A DNA stretch of 64,000 nt from Patescibacteria group bacterium (GCA_028699085.1 JAQVVF010000004.1:2143-66142), one strand, 5' to 3'. Shown: positions 10,206 through 20,858, numbered from the stretch's first letter. Translations and numbers: made by a program. Notes: generated from the sequence alone by a model not told the origin.

Positions 10206-11849
10206 TTGTCAAAGGATTATCAAAAAATAACATATAACAAAACAAATATAATGCCAAATTTTTTACAGCCAAAATTAATTTTAAAAATTACAGCAGTCTG
10301 CATTTTGTTTTACATTCTTTCTTTCCTTGCATACTTATTTCCAATCCTCAACAGCATAATTTTTTGGGTTATTATCATTGGCACTTTTGCGCTTGCAATA
10401 AAAAAGTTAGAATATGGTGTTTTTATCGTTCTTACGGAATTATTTATAGGAGCAAAAGGGTATCTATTTTCATTTGATTTTGGCGGCAGATTTGTTTTAT
10501 CAATTAGAATTGCTCTCTTTGCAATGGTTTTCTTAATCTGGTTAATCAAAAAAGCTAAAACATTTGAAGCTGGAAAATATAACTTTTTATATTCAAAATT
10601 TTTCATTCCTTTTTCAGTTTTAACAATTTTCATCTTAATCGGTTTTTCAACTGGATTAGTTAACGGTAATTATGCAAAAAATATATTTTTTGATGCAAAT
10701 GGATATTTTTATTTAGCTTTTATTTTTCCAATTTTTGATATTATTCATAACAAACTAAAAGTCAGAAAACTAATTCAATATTTAGTTGCCGGTAGTATAG
10801 CAATCTCAATTCTAACTTTTTATGTTTCGATTGGATTCACTATAATGCACCAAGAGGCAAGACCAGGCATGGCAGGAGCAAAATCAACAGAACAAACATT
10901 AGAATCAGAAGAAGCTGGCGAGTTTATGATCTCGCATTCCATTTTCGCTAAAGAAGAATTATTATCACGCGCTTTTTTTAGAAATCTAGATACTCCAAAA
11001 CCATACATTTATCGCTGGACACAAGATACTGGCATGGGCGAAATATCATATTTGACCGGACCATTTTTCCGTTTCTTTTCAGCAGGACAGCTCTATTCAG
11101 CTTTAGCTTTTATATTCTTGCTAGCTAAATTTCTGCAAAACAAGAAAATTGAGCTTAAAAACAATATTTTTCAACTTATAGTTGCAGCATTTTGTGGCTC
11201 TGCAGTAATTACTGGTTTTTCGAGAAGCTTATGGATTGGCGTAGTTTTCGCTTTAATATTTCTGCTCTTCAATATTTCAAAGAAAAGAGCACTAAAAATT
11301 GCACTTTATGGCATCGGCATTATATCTATAATAATCATAATTTTTGGAACGTTGTTGCCACAAGTTTATGATTTAGTAGGGAATAGGGTCGGAAGTATTT
11401 TTCAACCAAAAACAGAAGCAGCAGCCTCAAACCGCTACAATGTCTTAACTCCAGCTTTCGAAAAAATCAAACAACATCCAATCCTTGGATCAGGATTTGG
11501 AACAACAATTGAGTACACAAGCGTTGCTTTTGAAAAATATGGTACTGTCCGAGTATTCTCATTTGAATGGGCCTATCTTGATACTATAATTGAAATTGGA
11601 ATTTTAGGACTACTAGCTTACATTTGGTTTCTATATTCTATCTTTAAAGACGGTTACAAAACAAAAGAACCAGAAAACAAAAAACTAGTTATTTGTTTTT
11701 TAGCCGGAATTGTTTTAATATTATTTACTAATATCACAACTCCGTTTTTAAACCATCCGCTTGGAATTGGCTTTGTCCTAATCACTGCAGCAACAATTTT
11801 CGCTCTAGAAAAAATAAAAGGACAAACAATTTTAAATTTAAAATCATAA
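10206..11849 (+). CDS. O-antigen ligase / Wzy-like polytopic membrane protein
   Basis: About 12 TM helices with a central extracytoplasmic loop. Wzy_C-like segment around GFSRSLWIGVVFALIFL. Sits in a glycosyltransferase cluster. Confidence 0.5.
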   Translation: MSKDYQKITYNKTNIMPNFLQPKLILKITAVCILFYILSFLAYLFPILNSIIFWVIIIGTFALAIKKLEYGVFIVLTELFIGAKGYLFSFDFGGRFVLSIRIALFAMVFLIWLIKKAKTFEAGKYNFLYSKFFIPFSVLTIFILIGFSTGLVNGNYAKNIFFDANGYFYLAFIFPIFDIIHNKLKVRKLIQYLVAGSIAISILTFYVSIGFTIMHQEARPGMAGAKSTEQTLESEEAGEFMISHSIFAKEELLSRAFFRNLDTPKPYIYRWTQDTGMGEISYLTGPFFRFFSAGQLYSALAFIFLLAKFLQNKKIELKNNIFQLIVAAFCGSAVITGFSRSLWIGVVFALIFLLFNISKKRALKIALYGIGIISIIIIIFGTLLPQVYDLVGNRVGSIFQPKTEAAASNRYNVLTPAFEKIKQHPILGSGFGTTIEYTSVAFEKYGTVRVFSFEWAYLDTIIEIGILGLLAYIWFLYSIFKDGYKTKEPENKKLVICFLAGIVLILFTNITTPFLNHPLGIGFVLITAATIFALEKIKGQTILNLKS

Positions 11850-11868
11850 ATAACTTAATCTATTCAAA

Positions 11869-12429
11869 ATGATCTTATCTGACAAAGATATTAAAAGAGC
11901 ACTTCTCAATCGAGACATCACAATCACGCCATTCAACAAAAAATACATTCAGCCCGCATCAATTGATTTGCACATTGATAAACATTTTCTTGTCTATAAC
12001 ACAAATAAAAACTACGTCATTGACCCTAAAAAACCAATTGATATGATGATGGAGAAGATTACTATAGATAAAAACAAGCCTTTTGTTCTTCATCCTGGAG
12101 AATTCGCTTTAGGCTTAATTTATGAGACTACTGGCGTTTCTTCATCATATGTTGGCAGATTAGAAGGGAAAAGCTCAGTTGGCAGAATGGGACTGCTAAT
12201 TCATGTTACAGCTGGTTTTTTAGATCCAGGCAATTCACTAAAAATGACATTGGAACTTCATAATACTGCTAATCTTCCAATTTTGATTTATTATAAAATG
12301 CCAATTGCCCAAATGGCTTTCGAAAAAATTTCATCGCCATGCGAAAATCCTTATTCTAAAAAAAGAAATAATAAATATGTCGGAGATATTATGCCAATAG
12401 CTAGTCAAATGTGGAAGAACTTTGCATAA
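11869..12429 (+). CDS. dcd: dCTP deaminase
   Basis: Characteristic Dcd N-terminus MILSDKDIKRAL and dUTPase-like fold motifs. 186 aa. Confidence 0.85.
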   Translation: MILSDKDIKRALLNRDITITPFNKKYIQPASIDLHIDKHFLVYNTNKNYVIDPKKPIDMMMEKITIDKNKPFVLHPGEFALGLIYETTGVSSSYVGRLEGKSSVGRMGLLIHVTAGFLDPGNSLKMTLELHNTANLPILIYYKMPIAQMAFEKISSPCENPYSKKRNNKYVGDIMPIASQMWKNFA

Positions 12430-13444
12430 TAAATATATGACAGTTACAATCTCTCTTCTAAATTATAATAAAAAAAAATATCTAACTTATTGTTTAGATT
12501 CTATTTTAGAACAATCATATCAAGACATTGAAATATTTTTTGTTGACAATAATTCCACTGACAATTCATTTGAGTATCTAAAAAGTTATGCAGAACACAA
12601 ATATCCTTTATCAAAAATAAGATTTATCAGAAATCAAAAAAATTTAGGCTATTCAAAAGCTCATAATGAAGTCATAAAACAATCTAACGGAAAATTTGTA
12701 TTATGTTTGAATCCTGACATCATATTAGATAAAGATTATATAAAAAATTGCCTAGAAATCTTAAATCAAAATCCCAAAATTGGCGCGATTACTGGTAAAC
12801 TTTTTAAATGGAAATTCAGTCAAAACAAACAAACCAATATTATTGATTCCTGCGGACATAGAATTTTAAAAACCCATCGTATTACTGAATGGGGCAGTAA
12901 TCAAAAAAATTCGCAGGAATTTGAAACAATTAAAAAAATATTTAGTGTTTCCGGAGCTGCTCCAATATACCGTAAAGAAGCACTAGAGAACATTAAATAT
13001 AATAATGAATATTTCGATGAATCATTTTTTGCGTACAAAGAAGATATCGATTTATCATGGCGCTTACTTCATGCTGGCTGGGAAATTTGGTTTGATCATA
13101 AATCACATGCTTGGCATGATCGCTGGGAAACAGGCACAGAAAATTCTACTTTAAAAGTTATAAAACAAAGAAATAAAAAAACAGATTTTATCAACAAGTT
13201 ATCGTACCGAAATCATTTGCTTTTATTATATAAAAACGAATTCGCAAGTAATTTTCTAATTTACTTTCCTTGGATCTTCTTTTACGAACTTGGAAAATTT
13301 TTTTATACATTATTCCATGAACCAAAAAATCTCTCCGCTATCATTGATTTATTTAAACTTTGCAAATTGACCAAAGCAAAAAGAAATGCTATAATAAAAA
13401 ATAGCAAGATCAAGCCAAAAGATATCAGAAAATATATTCATTAG
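12422..13444 (+). CDS. Glycosyltransferase family 2
   Basis: VTISLLNYNKKKYL...IEIFFVDNNSTDNS GT2 N-terminal region. Confidence 0.8.
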   Translation: MHNKYMTVTISLLNYNKKKYLTYCLDSILEQSYQDIEIFFVDNNSTDNSFEYLKSYAEHKYPLSKIRFIRNQKNLGYSKAHNEVIKQSNGKFVLCLNPDIILDKDYIKNCLEILNQNPKIGAITGKLFKWKFSQNKQTNIIDSCGHRILKTHRITEWGSNQKNSQEFETIKKIFSVSGAAPIYRKEALENIKYNNEYFDESFFAYKEDIDLSWRLLHAGWEIWFDHKSHAWHDRWETGTENSTLKVIKQRNKKTDFINKLSYRNHLLLLYKNEFASNFLIYFPWIFFYELGKFFYTLFHEPKNLSAIIDLFKLCKLTKAKRNAIIKNSKIKPKDIRKYIH

Positions 13445-13498
13445 CTGCTAAATTCACATATTCGTGGATTAGTATTATTTGTATATTCGTTTATCTCT

Positions 13499-14362
13499 AT
13501 GCAACAAACAAAAGACCTATCAATAATAATTATAAATTACAAAACGCCATCGCATTTAAAGCAATGCATCAAATCTATAAAAAAGCATGCTCCAAAAATG
13601 GATTATGAAATTATTGTTGTCGATAATAATTCTCAAGATATAACTGTCCAGATGATCGAAGACGATTTTATGTATAATTATAAAAATCAAAAAATCAGCA
13701 ATGTTGAATTGATTGCCAATGATAAAAATTTAGGTTTTCCAAAAGCTGTCAATCAAGGAGTAAAAATGGCAAAAGGAAGATATATTTTGTTACTAAATCC
13801 TGATATCACTATTCTAGAAAACGCCCTTGAAAAAATGATAGCGTATTTAGAACAACATCAAGATGTTGCCGTTCTTGGACCCAAACTCATTAATCCGAAT
13901 GGATCAATCCAGCTTTCTTGTTTCAATAAATTTACATCTCCGGAATTAGTTTTATATCGAAGAACATTATTTGGAAAATTGAATCGAGCTAGAAAAATGC
14001 TTGATGATTTTACAATGAAATCATGGGATCATTTATCAGAAAAAGATGTCGCCTGGATTTTAGGTTCTTGTATGTTAATCAGTAAAAAGGCGATTGATAA
14101 AGTAGGAATTATGGACGAAAGATTTTTTATGTATATGGAAGATGTTGATTGGTGTAGAAGATTTTGGAAAGCAGGCTACAAAGTCAGATATTATCCAAAT
14201 GTAAAAATGGTTCATTATTATGCCAGAGCATCATCATCAGAATCAGGATTAGTAAAAGCAATGCTAAAAAAACAAACTCGAACTCACATCACGTCAGCCT
14301 TAAAATTTTTTCTAAAATATTTTGGACAAAAAGATGAACAATATCAAGCAGCCAGCAAATAA
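13499..14362 (+). CDS. Glycosyltransferase family 2
   Basis: LSIIIINYKTPSHL...YEIIVVDNNSQD. DxD-type motif region. Confidence 0.8.
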   Translation: MQQTKDLSIIIINYKTPSHLKQCIKSIKKHAPKMDYEIIVVDNNSQDITVQMIEDDFMYNYKNQKISNVELIANDKNLGFPKAVNQGVKMAKGRYILLLNPDITILENALEKMIAYLEQHQDVAVLGPKLINPNGSIQLSCFNKFTSPELVLYRRTLFGKLNRARKMLDDFTMKSWDHLSEKDVAWILGSCMLISKKAIDKVGIMDERFFMYMEDVDWCRRFWKAGYKVRYYPNVKMVHYYARASSSESGLVKAMLKKQTRTHITSALKFFLKYFGQKDEQYQAASK

Positions 14363-16256
14363 CGAAATAATAAAAAACAAAATAAAACCAGCTCACATTG
14401 TTCTCGGAATTATTGGTTTATTTATTTTGCTAATTCTTGGCAGTATCTATCCAAGCTTAAGTGCTTACAAATCAGCAATGCAAGGAAAAAATGATCTCAT
14501 GGACGCAGAAAAAGCTGTCAAAGATCAAAATTTTGCCCAAGCTGCAACAACATTAAAGAAATCAAGCGACAATTTCAGAAGGGCAAAAAACAATATGTAT
14601 TTTTTGGTTTGGTTAAAAATAATTCCTTATGTCGGAATTCAATACAGCGCAGCCGAACATCTTGTCAAAGCAGCATATAATATTACATCGGGACTTCAAG
14701 AAACAACCTTGTCTATCGAAAATATTATAAAACCACTTCAAGCAGAAAACGTAAAATCTGTTCGAGGAGTATCAGAAAATCAAAAAGCTGAAATTATTAA
14801 AAATATTTACAATGCATCACCAAATTTTGCCGAAAGCTCGAGCAAAATAAAAATGGCTGAAATTGAAATCAATCGCATTCCAACATTTTTAACATTACAA
14901 AAAATTACAGATATAAAAAATCAAGTTAATCAATATTTACCGATGATTAATGAAGTCATGGAACAAGTAGCTCAAGGCTCAAAACTGTTACCAGAAGCTT
15001 TAGGCTATCCAAATGAGCAAACTTATCTGTTTTTACTAGAAAATAATTCTGAATTGCGTCCAGGCGGAGGATTTATTGGAACTTATGGCATAATAAAAAT
15101 TAAAGATGGCGAATTAACAAAATTAAAAACTGATAATGTTTACAATTTAGACTATCCATCGAAAATTCAGGTGACTGCCCCATGGCAATTTGCAAAATAT
15201 GTTGATCCAAAAATTAAGTCCTGGTATCTTCGAGATTCTAACTGGTCACCTGATTTTCCAACGAATGCCGAAAAAGCAATTTGGTTTTATAAACAAGAAG
15301 GCGGAGAAGAAAAAAATATAGATGGAGTAGTTGCAATTACTCCGACTTTTATTGAATATCTGCTAGAAGTTATTGGACCAATCAAAGCCAGAGATGATAA
15401 ATTCACATCTGAAAATATTACCGAAAAAATTCAACAATATACAACTGGAGCATACGAAGGCAAAGTTGTAATTCTAGAACAAAAAACCAGAAAAGGAATA
15501 ATAGGCGATCTCTCTAAATCATTGCTTGGAAAAATATTTTTATTAAAAAAAGACAAATGGCCAGAAATGCTAAAGGCAGTTCAAAAAGGCTTTCAAGACA
15601 AACAAGCGCTTGTTTATTTTGCTGACAAGAATAAAGAAAAAATGCTTGAAAAAAATGGTTTAGCTGGATCAGTTAACCAAGACACTAAAAACAGCGACTA
15701 TTTGATGGTTGTTGATTCGAATATGGCAAGTTTAAAAACTGATCCTTATATGGATCGCACTATTGAATATATAGTTGAACCAAATGGACAAGCAAAAGTT
15801 GCCATTACCTATACAAATAATGCTGTTCCAGCACTTTTAGCAACAAGATATCGATCCTGGACCAGAATCTATGTTCCAAAAGGAAGTGAATTTATAAGCG
15901 TTGAAAATAATGAAAAAGGTCTCGATCTCTATAATTCTGAACAAAGCTATGAAATATCAGAAGATTTAAACAAATCAGTTTTTGGCACATTTATTAACAT
16001 CGAAACTCAAGAAACAAAAACAATTACATACAATTATATTTTACCAAAATATGTAAGAGATCAAGTCAAAAAGAAAGAGTACAAAATAATTGTTCAAAAA
16101 CAAGCTGGTGTCACTGACCAAGATTTAATAATAAATTATAACTCTAACGAACAAATTAATAATATTTCACCTGAAAACCTAGGAGAAATCAAAAATAATA
16201 AAGCAGTCTTTAAAACAAAGTTGCAAAGCGATAAAGAATTTACAATTAACTATTAA
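14322..16256 (+). CDS. DUF4012-domain protein with N-terminal membrane anchor
   Basis: Single N-terminal TM helix. DUF4012 hallmark LENNSELRPGGGFIGTYG. The family is commonly found in cell-wall polysaccharide loci. Confidence 0.6.
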   Translation: MDKKMNNIKQPANNEIIKNKIKPAHIVLGIIGLFILLILGSIYPSLSAYKSAMQGKNDLMDAEKAVKDQNFAQAATTLKKSSDNFRRAKNNMYFLVWLKIIPYVGIQYSAAEHLVKAAYNITSGLQETTLSIENIIKPLQAENVKSVRGVSENQKAEIIKNIYNASPNFAESSSKIKMAEIEINRIPTFLTLQKITDIKNQVNQYLPMINEVMEQVAQGSKLLPEALGYPNEQTYLFLLENNSELRPGGGFIGTYGIIKIKDGELTKLKTDNVYNLDYPSKIQVTAPWQFAKYVDPKIKSWYLRDSNWSPDFPTNAEKAIWFYKQEGGEEKNIDGVVAITPTFIEYLLEVIGPIKARDDKFTSENITEKIQQYTTGAYEGKVVILEQKTRKGIIGDLSKSLLGKIFLLKKDKWPEMLKAVQKGFQDKQALVYFADKNKEKMLEKNGLAGSVNQDTKNSDYLMVVDSNMASLKTDPYMDRTIEYIVEPNGQAKVAITYTNNAVPALLATRYRSWTRIYVPKGSEFISVENNEKGLDLYNSEQSYEISEDLNKSVFGTFINIETQETKTITYNYILPKYVRDQVKKKEYKIIVQKQAGVTDQDLIINYNSNEQINNISPENLGEIKNNKAVFKTKLQSDKEFTINY

Positions 16257-16274
16257 TTTTTTAACTATCAAAAA

Positions 16275-17501
16275 GTGTACAACAGACCACCTCAAAAAAA
16301 TAAAACTCTTCGAACTTACTTAATTTTAGTTGCCATTTTAACCAGTTTTACAATTGGTTTATTTACTGGCAGAAGTAAAGCAGTCACTCAAAACACTGCG
16401 CGTCAAATTAATCAAGTAGAAAATAAATATACCAAACAAACTGATAGCAAAGTTGATTTTGCAATATTTTGGGATGTTTGGGATCTACTTCAACAAAAAT
16501 TTATTCATCAACCACTTGATTGTAAAAAAATGGTTTACGGCGCAATCTCAGGCATGGTTAAATCATTAGAAGATCCTTATACTGCGTTTCTAAATCCAGA
16601 AGAGTCAAAAGAATTCTTGGATGAAATTGAAGGGAATTTGGAAGGTATTGGCGCTGAGTTAGGTATGAAAAATGAAGCTTTAACAATCATTTCGCCACTT
16701 TCAGATTCACCAGCAGAAAAAGCAGGTTTAAAACCAAACGATATTATCTTAAAAATCAATGATGAAGATACAGCTGACATGAATTTACTAGAAGCTGTTT
16801 CAAAAATCAGAGGCAAGGAAGGAACTCAAGTAAAATTAACTATTTACCATGATGGAGATAAAGATTCCAAAGAAGTTACATTGACTAGACAGAAAATTAC
16901 AATTAAAAGTGTTGAATGGGCATTGAAAAGCAATAATATAGCTTATCTAAAATTGGGATATTTTGGAAAAGATACAGCATCTGAATTCCAAAATGCTGTT
17001 AACCAAATTTTGCCACAAAATCCAAAAGGAATTATCTTAGATTTAAGGAATAATTCTGGCGGATATCTAGATAGCTCGATCGACATCATTAATTTTTTTA
17101 TTCCAAAAGGAAAAGTTGCTGCTATCGAATCTTTCAGCGATGGTAAAAAAGAAGAATTTAAAACAAAATCAAATGCGCCATTTGAAAACATACCAGTTGT
17201 CGTATTAATGAACAGCGGCTCAGCTAGCGCCTCTGAAATAGTTGCTGGAGCATTAAGAGATTTGCGGCAAATCAAATTAATTGGCGAAAAATCATTCGGT
17301 AAAGGCACCGTTCAGCAGCTAGAAGACCTTAAGGATGGCTCAACAGTCAAAATTAGCATCGCCGAATGGTTAACTCCAAATGGTACTAGTATTAATGGCA
17401 AAGGATTGGAGCCTGACATTAATATTGAACTAACTGAAAAGGATTACAATGAGAACAAAGACCCTCAATTAGACAAAGCAATTGAAGAATTACTAAAATA
17501 A
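16275..17501 (+). CDS. ctpA: Carboxy-terminal processing protease (S41) with PDZ domain
   Basis: PDZ region GAELGMKNEALTIISPL...GLKPNDIILKIN. S41 catalytic region LDLRNNSGGYL. Confidence 0.85.
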   Translation: MYNRPPQKNKTLRTYLILVAILTSFTIGLFTGRSKAVTQNTARQINQVENKYTKQTDSKVDFAIFWDVWDLLQQKFIHQPLDCKKMVYGAISGMVKSLEDPYTAFLNPEESKEFLDEIEGNLEGIGAELGMKNEALTIISPLSDSPAEKAGLKPNDIILKINDEDTADMNLLEAVSKIRGKEGTQVKLTIYHDGDKDSKEVTLTRQKITIKSVEWALKSNNIAYLKLGYFGKDTASEFQNAVNQILPQNPKGIILDLRNNSGGYLDSSIDIINFFIPKGKVAAIESFSDGKKEEFKTKSNAPFENIPVVVLMNSGSASASEIVAGALRDLRQIKLIGEKSFGKGTVQQLEDLKDGSTVKISIAEWLTPNGTSINGKGLEPDINIELTEKDYNENKDPQLDKAIEELLK

Positions 17502-17721
17502 CAGTTCATTATGCTTAAAAAAATTAATTAAAAAACATCCAGACCTTCATTCTCTAATAACAGGAATCGCTTTGATTATTTTCTGGCGAGGAATCTGGAT
17601 GCTCATGGACATTTACATATTTCCAAATAATGAGACTTTAAGTGCTATCACATCAATTGCAATTGGACTCTTTATTTTATATATTAACGACAGAAGATTA
17701 AAAGAGCTTTGTTAAAAACAT

Positions 17722-17952
17722 ATGCGTAAATTTCATCAACAATTCAAGCCTGTAAGACAAGCAGGTAGACTATTTTTTAAGAAAGAAACACCATTTTTAT
17801 ACAAACTGATTCCTATTGGCGCGATTTTCTATATACTTTTCCCCCTTGATTTTATTACCGACGTAGTGCCAGTTTTAGGCCAGCTTGATGATATTGCCAT
17901 CCTGACCGGCTCAATTGGCATCTTTAATTCTCTTGCCAAAAACAAAAATTAA
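17722..17952 (+). CDS. DUF1232/YkvA-like small membrane protein
   Basis: DFITDVVPVLGQLDDIAIL motif typical of DUF1232. Confidence 0.65.
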   Translation: MRKFHQQFKPVRQAGRLFFKKETPFLYKLIPIGAIFYILFPLDFITDVVPVLGQLDDIAILTGSIGIFNSLAKNKN

Positions 17953-17967
17953 GTATATTATAATATA

Positions 17968-18243
17968 ATGCTAAAAAGATTAGAGATTGCTATATCCGGT
18001 AAAGTCCAAGGCATTTTCTTTCGTCAATTTATTAAAGAAAATGCCGTGAATTTAAAACTTAACGGTTTTGTAGAAAATAAAGCAAATGGAACTGTAAAAG
18101 TTATAGCTGAAGGTGAGGAAGATAATCTACAAAAACTCATAGAATCTTGCAAGATCGGTCCAAAATTAGCTCGAATTGATGATCTCAAAATCAGTTGGTC
18201 GAAACCAACAAATGAATTCCAGGAATTTATTATAAAATATTAA
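17968..18243 (+). CDS. acyP: Acylphosphatase
   Basis: Signature ISGKVQGIFFR and GFVENKANGTVKVIAEG. 91 aa. Confidence 0.8.
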   Translation: MLKRLEIAISGKVQGIFFRQFIKENAVNLKLNGFVENKANGTVKVIAEGEEDNLQKLIESCKIGPKLARIDDLKISWSKPTNEFQEFIIKY

Positions 18244-18270
18244 ATCTTATAACTGTTAACTTATACCACA

Positions 18271-18717
18271 ATGAAAGTTGTACTAAAAAAGGATGTTGAA
18301 AAATTAGGCTTTGCAGGTGAAATAAAAGAAGTTACTTTAGGTTATGGTAAAAATTTTTTATTACCTCAAAAATTAGCTGTTTTAGCAACTGAAAAAGAAG
18401 TTCAAATTGCAAAACAGATGCAAGCTGAAATTAAGAAAAGAAAAGAAGAAGCTTTGAAACAAGCAAAAGAATTATCAGAAAAAATTAACAGCAAGGAAAT
18501 AAAAATTGCCTCCAAGGCTAACGAGGAAGGAATTTTGTTTGGCTCGATTACTGCAAAAGATATTTCAGAGAATATTAAAGAACAATTAAAATTAGATATC
18601 GACGAAAAAGTTGTAGCTCTAGCTTCTGCAATTAAAAACACAGGAGAATATGAAGTAAAATTAAAATTTGCTCCTGAAATTACAGCTGATATAAAAATTA
18701 TTGTAGTTAAAAAATAA
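18271..18717 (+). CDS. rplI: 50S ribosomal protein L9
   Basis: N-terminus MKVVLKKDVEKLGFAGEIKEVTLGYGKNFLLPQKLAV. 148 aa. Confidence 0.9.
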   Translation: MKVVLKKDVEKLGFAGEIKEVTLGYGKNFLLPQKLAVLATEKEVQIAKQMQAEIKKRKEEALKQAKELSEKINSKEIKIASKANEEGILFGSITAKDISENIKEQLKLDIDEKVVALASAIKNTGEYEVKLKFAPEITADIKIIVVKK

Positions 18718-18826
18718 AAGTTTATACAATTTCATTAATAAATTTAATAGGGCAGGGAAAATTTTCTGCCTTAATTAATTTTATATATAAATTTATCATA
18801 AAATAAAAATAATTTAACACTTATTC

Positions 18827-20455
18827 ATGCAACCAAAATACATCTTTATTACAGGAGGCGTAATTTCGTCATTAGGCAAAGGCATAACATCAGCATCAAT
18901 TGGAAAATTACTACAAGACCTAGGATTTAAAGTCGTAAATATTAAGTGCGAAATGTATGTCAATATTGATGCTGGAACAATTCGTCCAACAGAACATGGA
19001 GAAGTTTACGTTACAGAAGATGGCATGGAATGTGATCAGGATTTAGGAACATACGAAAGATTTTTAAATCAAGATATTACGAAAGAATGTTTTTTAACAA
19101 CTGGACAAATCTACCAAGAAGTCATCAGACGAGAACGTAATTTAGAATATGACGGAGAAGACGTAGAGGTTGTCCCACACGTTCCAAAAGAAATTATCAG
19201 AAGAATAAAAATAGCTACTGAAAAAAACAAAGCTGATTTTGCCATTGTGGAATTTGGCGGTACAGTCGGTGAATACCAGCAAGTTTTATTTCTCGAAGCA
19301 GATAGAATGATGAAGCATGAACTCAAAAAAGATATTCTCAACATTCACATTGCATATCTTCCAATTCCTCCAAGCGTTGGCGAAATGAAATCAAAACCAG
19401 CTCAATATTCTGTACGAACTTTATTCTCAGCAGGAATTGTTCCCGATATCTTTATTGGCAGATCAACAACATATATGGATCAACATCGTATGGAAGTATT
19501 ATCTCGAAATACAAATATTGCTTTAGAGAATATTTTTTCTAATCCAGATGTTAAATCAATTTATGAAGTCCCATTAATTTTAGCTAAACAAAAAGTCGCT
19601 GAATGTGTTTTGAATTTCTTTAACGTAAAACCAAGAAAAAGGGCAAGTCTTACAAATTGGAAAAAATTAGTAAAAATTATAAAAGAAACAAAAAAAGAAG
19701 TAAAAATTGGCATTGTAGGAAAATATTTTACCTCTGGAGATTTTTCTCAAGGAGATTCATATATTTCAGTTATAGAAGCAATAAAACATGCTTGCTGCGC
19801 AAACAATGTTACACCAATCATTAATTGGATTGATGCCGAAGCATTTGAAAAAAATCCTGAAAAAGTCATTGAACTTAAAGAGAATGACGGAATTATTGTC
19901 CCAGGCGGATACGGAAAAAGAGGAGTCGAAGGCAAAATTAATGCTGTAAAATTTGCTCGAGAAAATAAAATTCCATATTTAGGATTATGCTATGGATTGC
20001 AAATGGCTGTAATAGAATTTTCTAGAAACATTTGCAAAATTAAAGATGCAAACACAACAGAAAATGAACCAAATACCAAGAGCCCAGTAATTGATGTCAT
20101 GGAGGAGCAAAAAAAACTTCTCGCAAAAAAACAATATGGTGCTTCTAACAGATTAGGTGCCTATGAATGCAAAATTAAAAAAGATTCCAAAGCCTTCAAA
20201 GCATATGGCAAGGAAATTATCCAGGAACGCCATCGACATCGTTATGAAATAAACAATAAATATAAAGAAATTTTAGAAAAAAAAGGATTAAAGATTGTTG
20301 GAATAAATCCAAAATTAAATCTAGCTGAAATAATTGAACTTGATAATCATCCATGGTTTATCGGAACTCAATTCCATCCTGAATTTAAATCAAGACTAGA
20401 AAATCCACATCCACTTTTTGTCAATTTTATTAAAGCTGCAATTAAGAATAAATAG
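18827..20455 (+). CDS. pyrG: CTP synthase
   Basis: N-terminus KYIFITGGVISSLGKGITSAS. C-terminal glutamine amidotransferase domain (GLCYGLQ, HPEF). Confidence 0.95.
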   Translation: MQPKYIFITGGVISSLGKGITSASIGKLLQDLGFKVVNIKCEMYVNIDAGTIRPTEHGEVYVTEDGMECDQDLGTYERFLNQDITKECFLTTGQIYQEVIRRERNLEYDGEDVEVVPHVPKEIIRRIKIATEKNKADFAIVEFGGTVGEYQQVLFLEADRMMKHELKKDILNIHIAYLPIPPSVGEMKSKPAQYSVRTLFSAGIVPDIFIGRSTTYMDQHRMEVLSRNTNIALENIFSNPDVKSIYEVPLILAKQKVAECVLNFFNVKPRKRASLTNWKKLVKIIKETKKEVKIGIVGKYFTSGDFSQGDSYISVIEAIKHACCANNVTPIINWIDAEAFEKNPEKVIELKENDGIIVPGGYGKRGVEGKINAVKFARENKIPYLGLCYGLQMAVIEFSRNICKIKDANTTENEPNTKSPVIDVMEEQKKLLAKKQYGASNRLGAYECKIKKDSKAFKAYGKEIIQERHRHRYEINNKYKEILEKKGLKIVGINPKLNLAEIIELDNHPWFIGTQFHPEFKSRLENPHPLFVNFIKAAIKNK

Positions 20456-20460
20456 ATACT

Positions 20461-20490
20461 AAAAAATCGCCTCGTCAGCGATTTTTTTTA
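20461..20490. terminator. Bidirectional rho-independent terminator between pyrG (+) and rpmA (-)
   Basis: AAAAAATCGC-ctcgtca-GCGATTTTTTT: a 6-bp stem flanked by an A-run and a T-run between convergent genes. Confidence 0.6.
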
Positions 20491-20510
20491 ATTTGATATA
20501 TCTCTAAAGA

Positions 20511-20783
20511 TTATTTAACATTTACAAAACAAGTCTTTTTTAAACGACCATTGAATTTTTTCGTCATCTTTGAATTAAATTCTACAATACCATCTTTCAT
20601 AGCAAAAATTGTATCATCACAACCTTGTTTAACATTTTTACCAGGATAGTACTTCGTACCTCGCTGTCTGACAATAATATTGCCAGGTTTTACTTTTTCA
20701 CCAGCAAATTTCTTAACACCAAGGCGTTGCGATTGAGAATCGCGGCCAAGTTGGGTACTTCCGCCAGCTTTACGATGTGCCAT
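20511..20783 (-). CDS. rpmA: 50S ribosomal protein L27
   Basis: [51 protein letters not shown]. Confidence 0.9.
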   Translation of the reverse strand: MAHRKAGGSTQLGRDSQSQRLGVKKFAGEKVKPGNIIVRQRGTKYYPGKNVKQGCDDTIFAMKDGIVEFNSKMTKKFNGRLKKTCFVNVK

Positions 20784-20858
20784 ATATTTACAATATTAAT
20801 GATTAGTATATATAATAGAATAGCATCTAAAAAATAAAATGTCAATAAAACAAAAACA

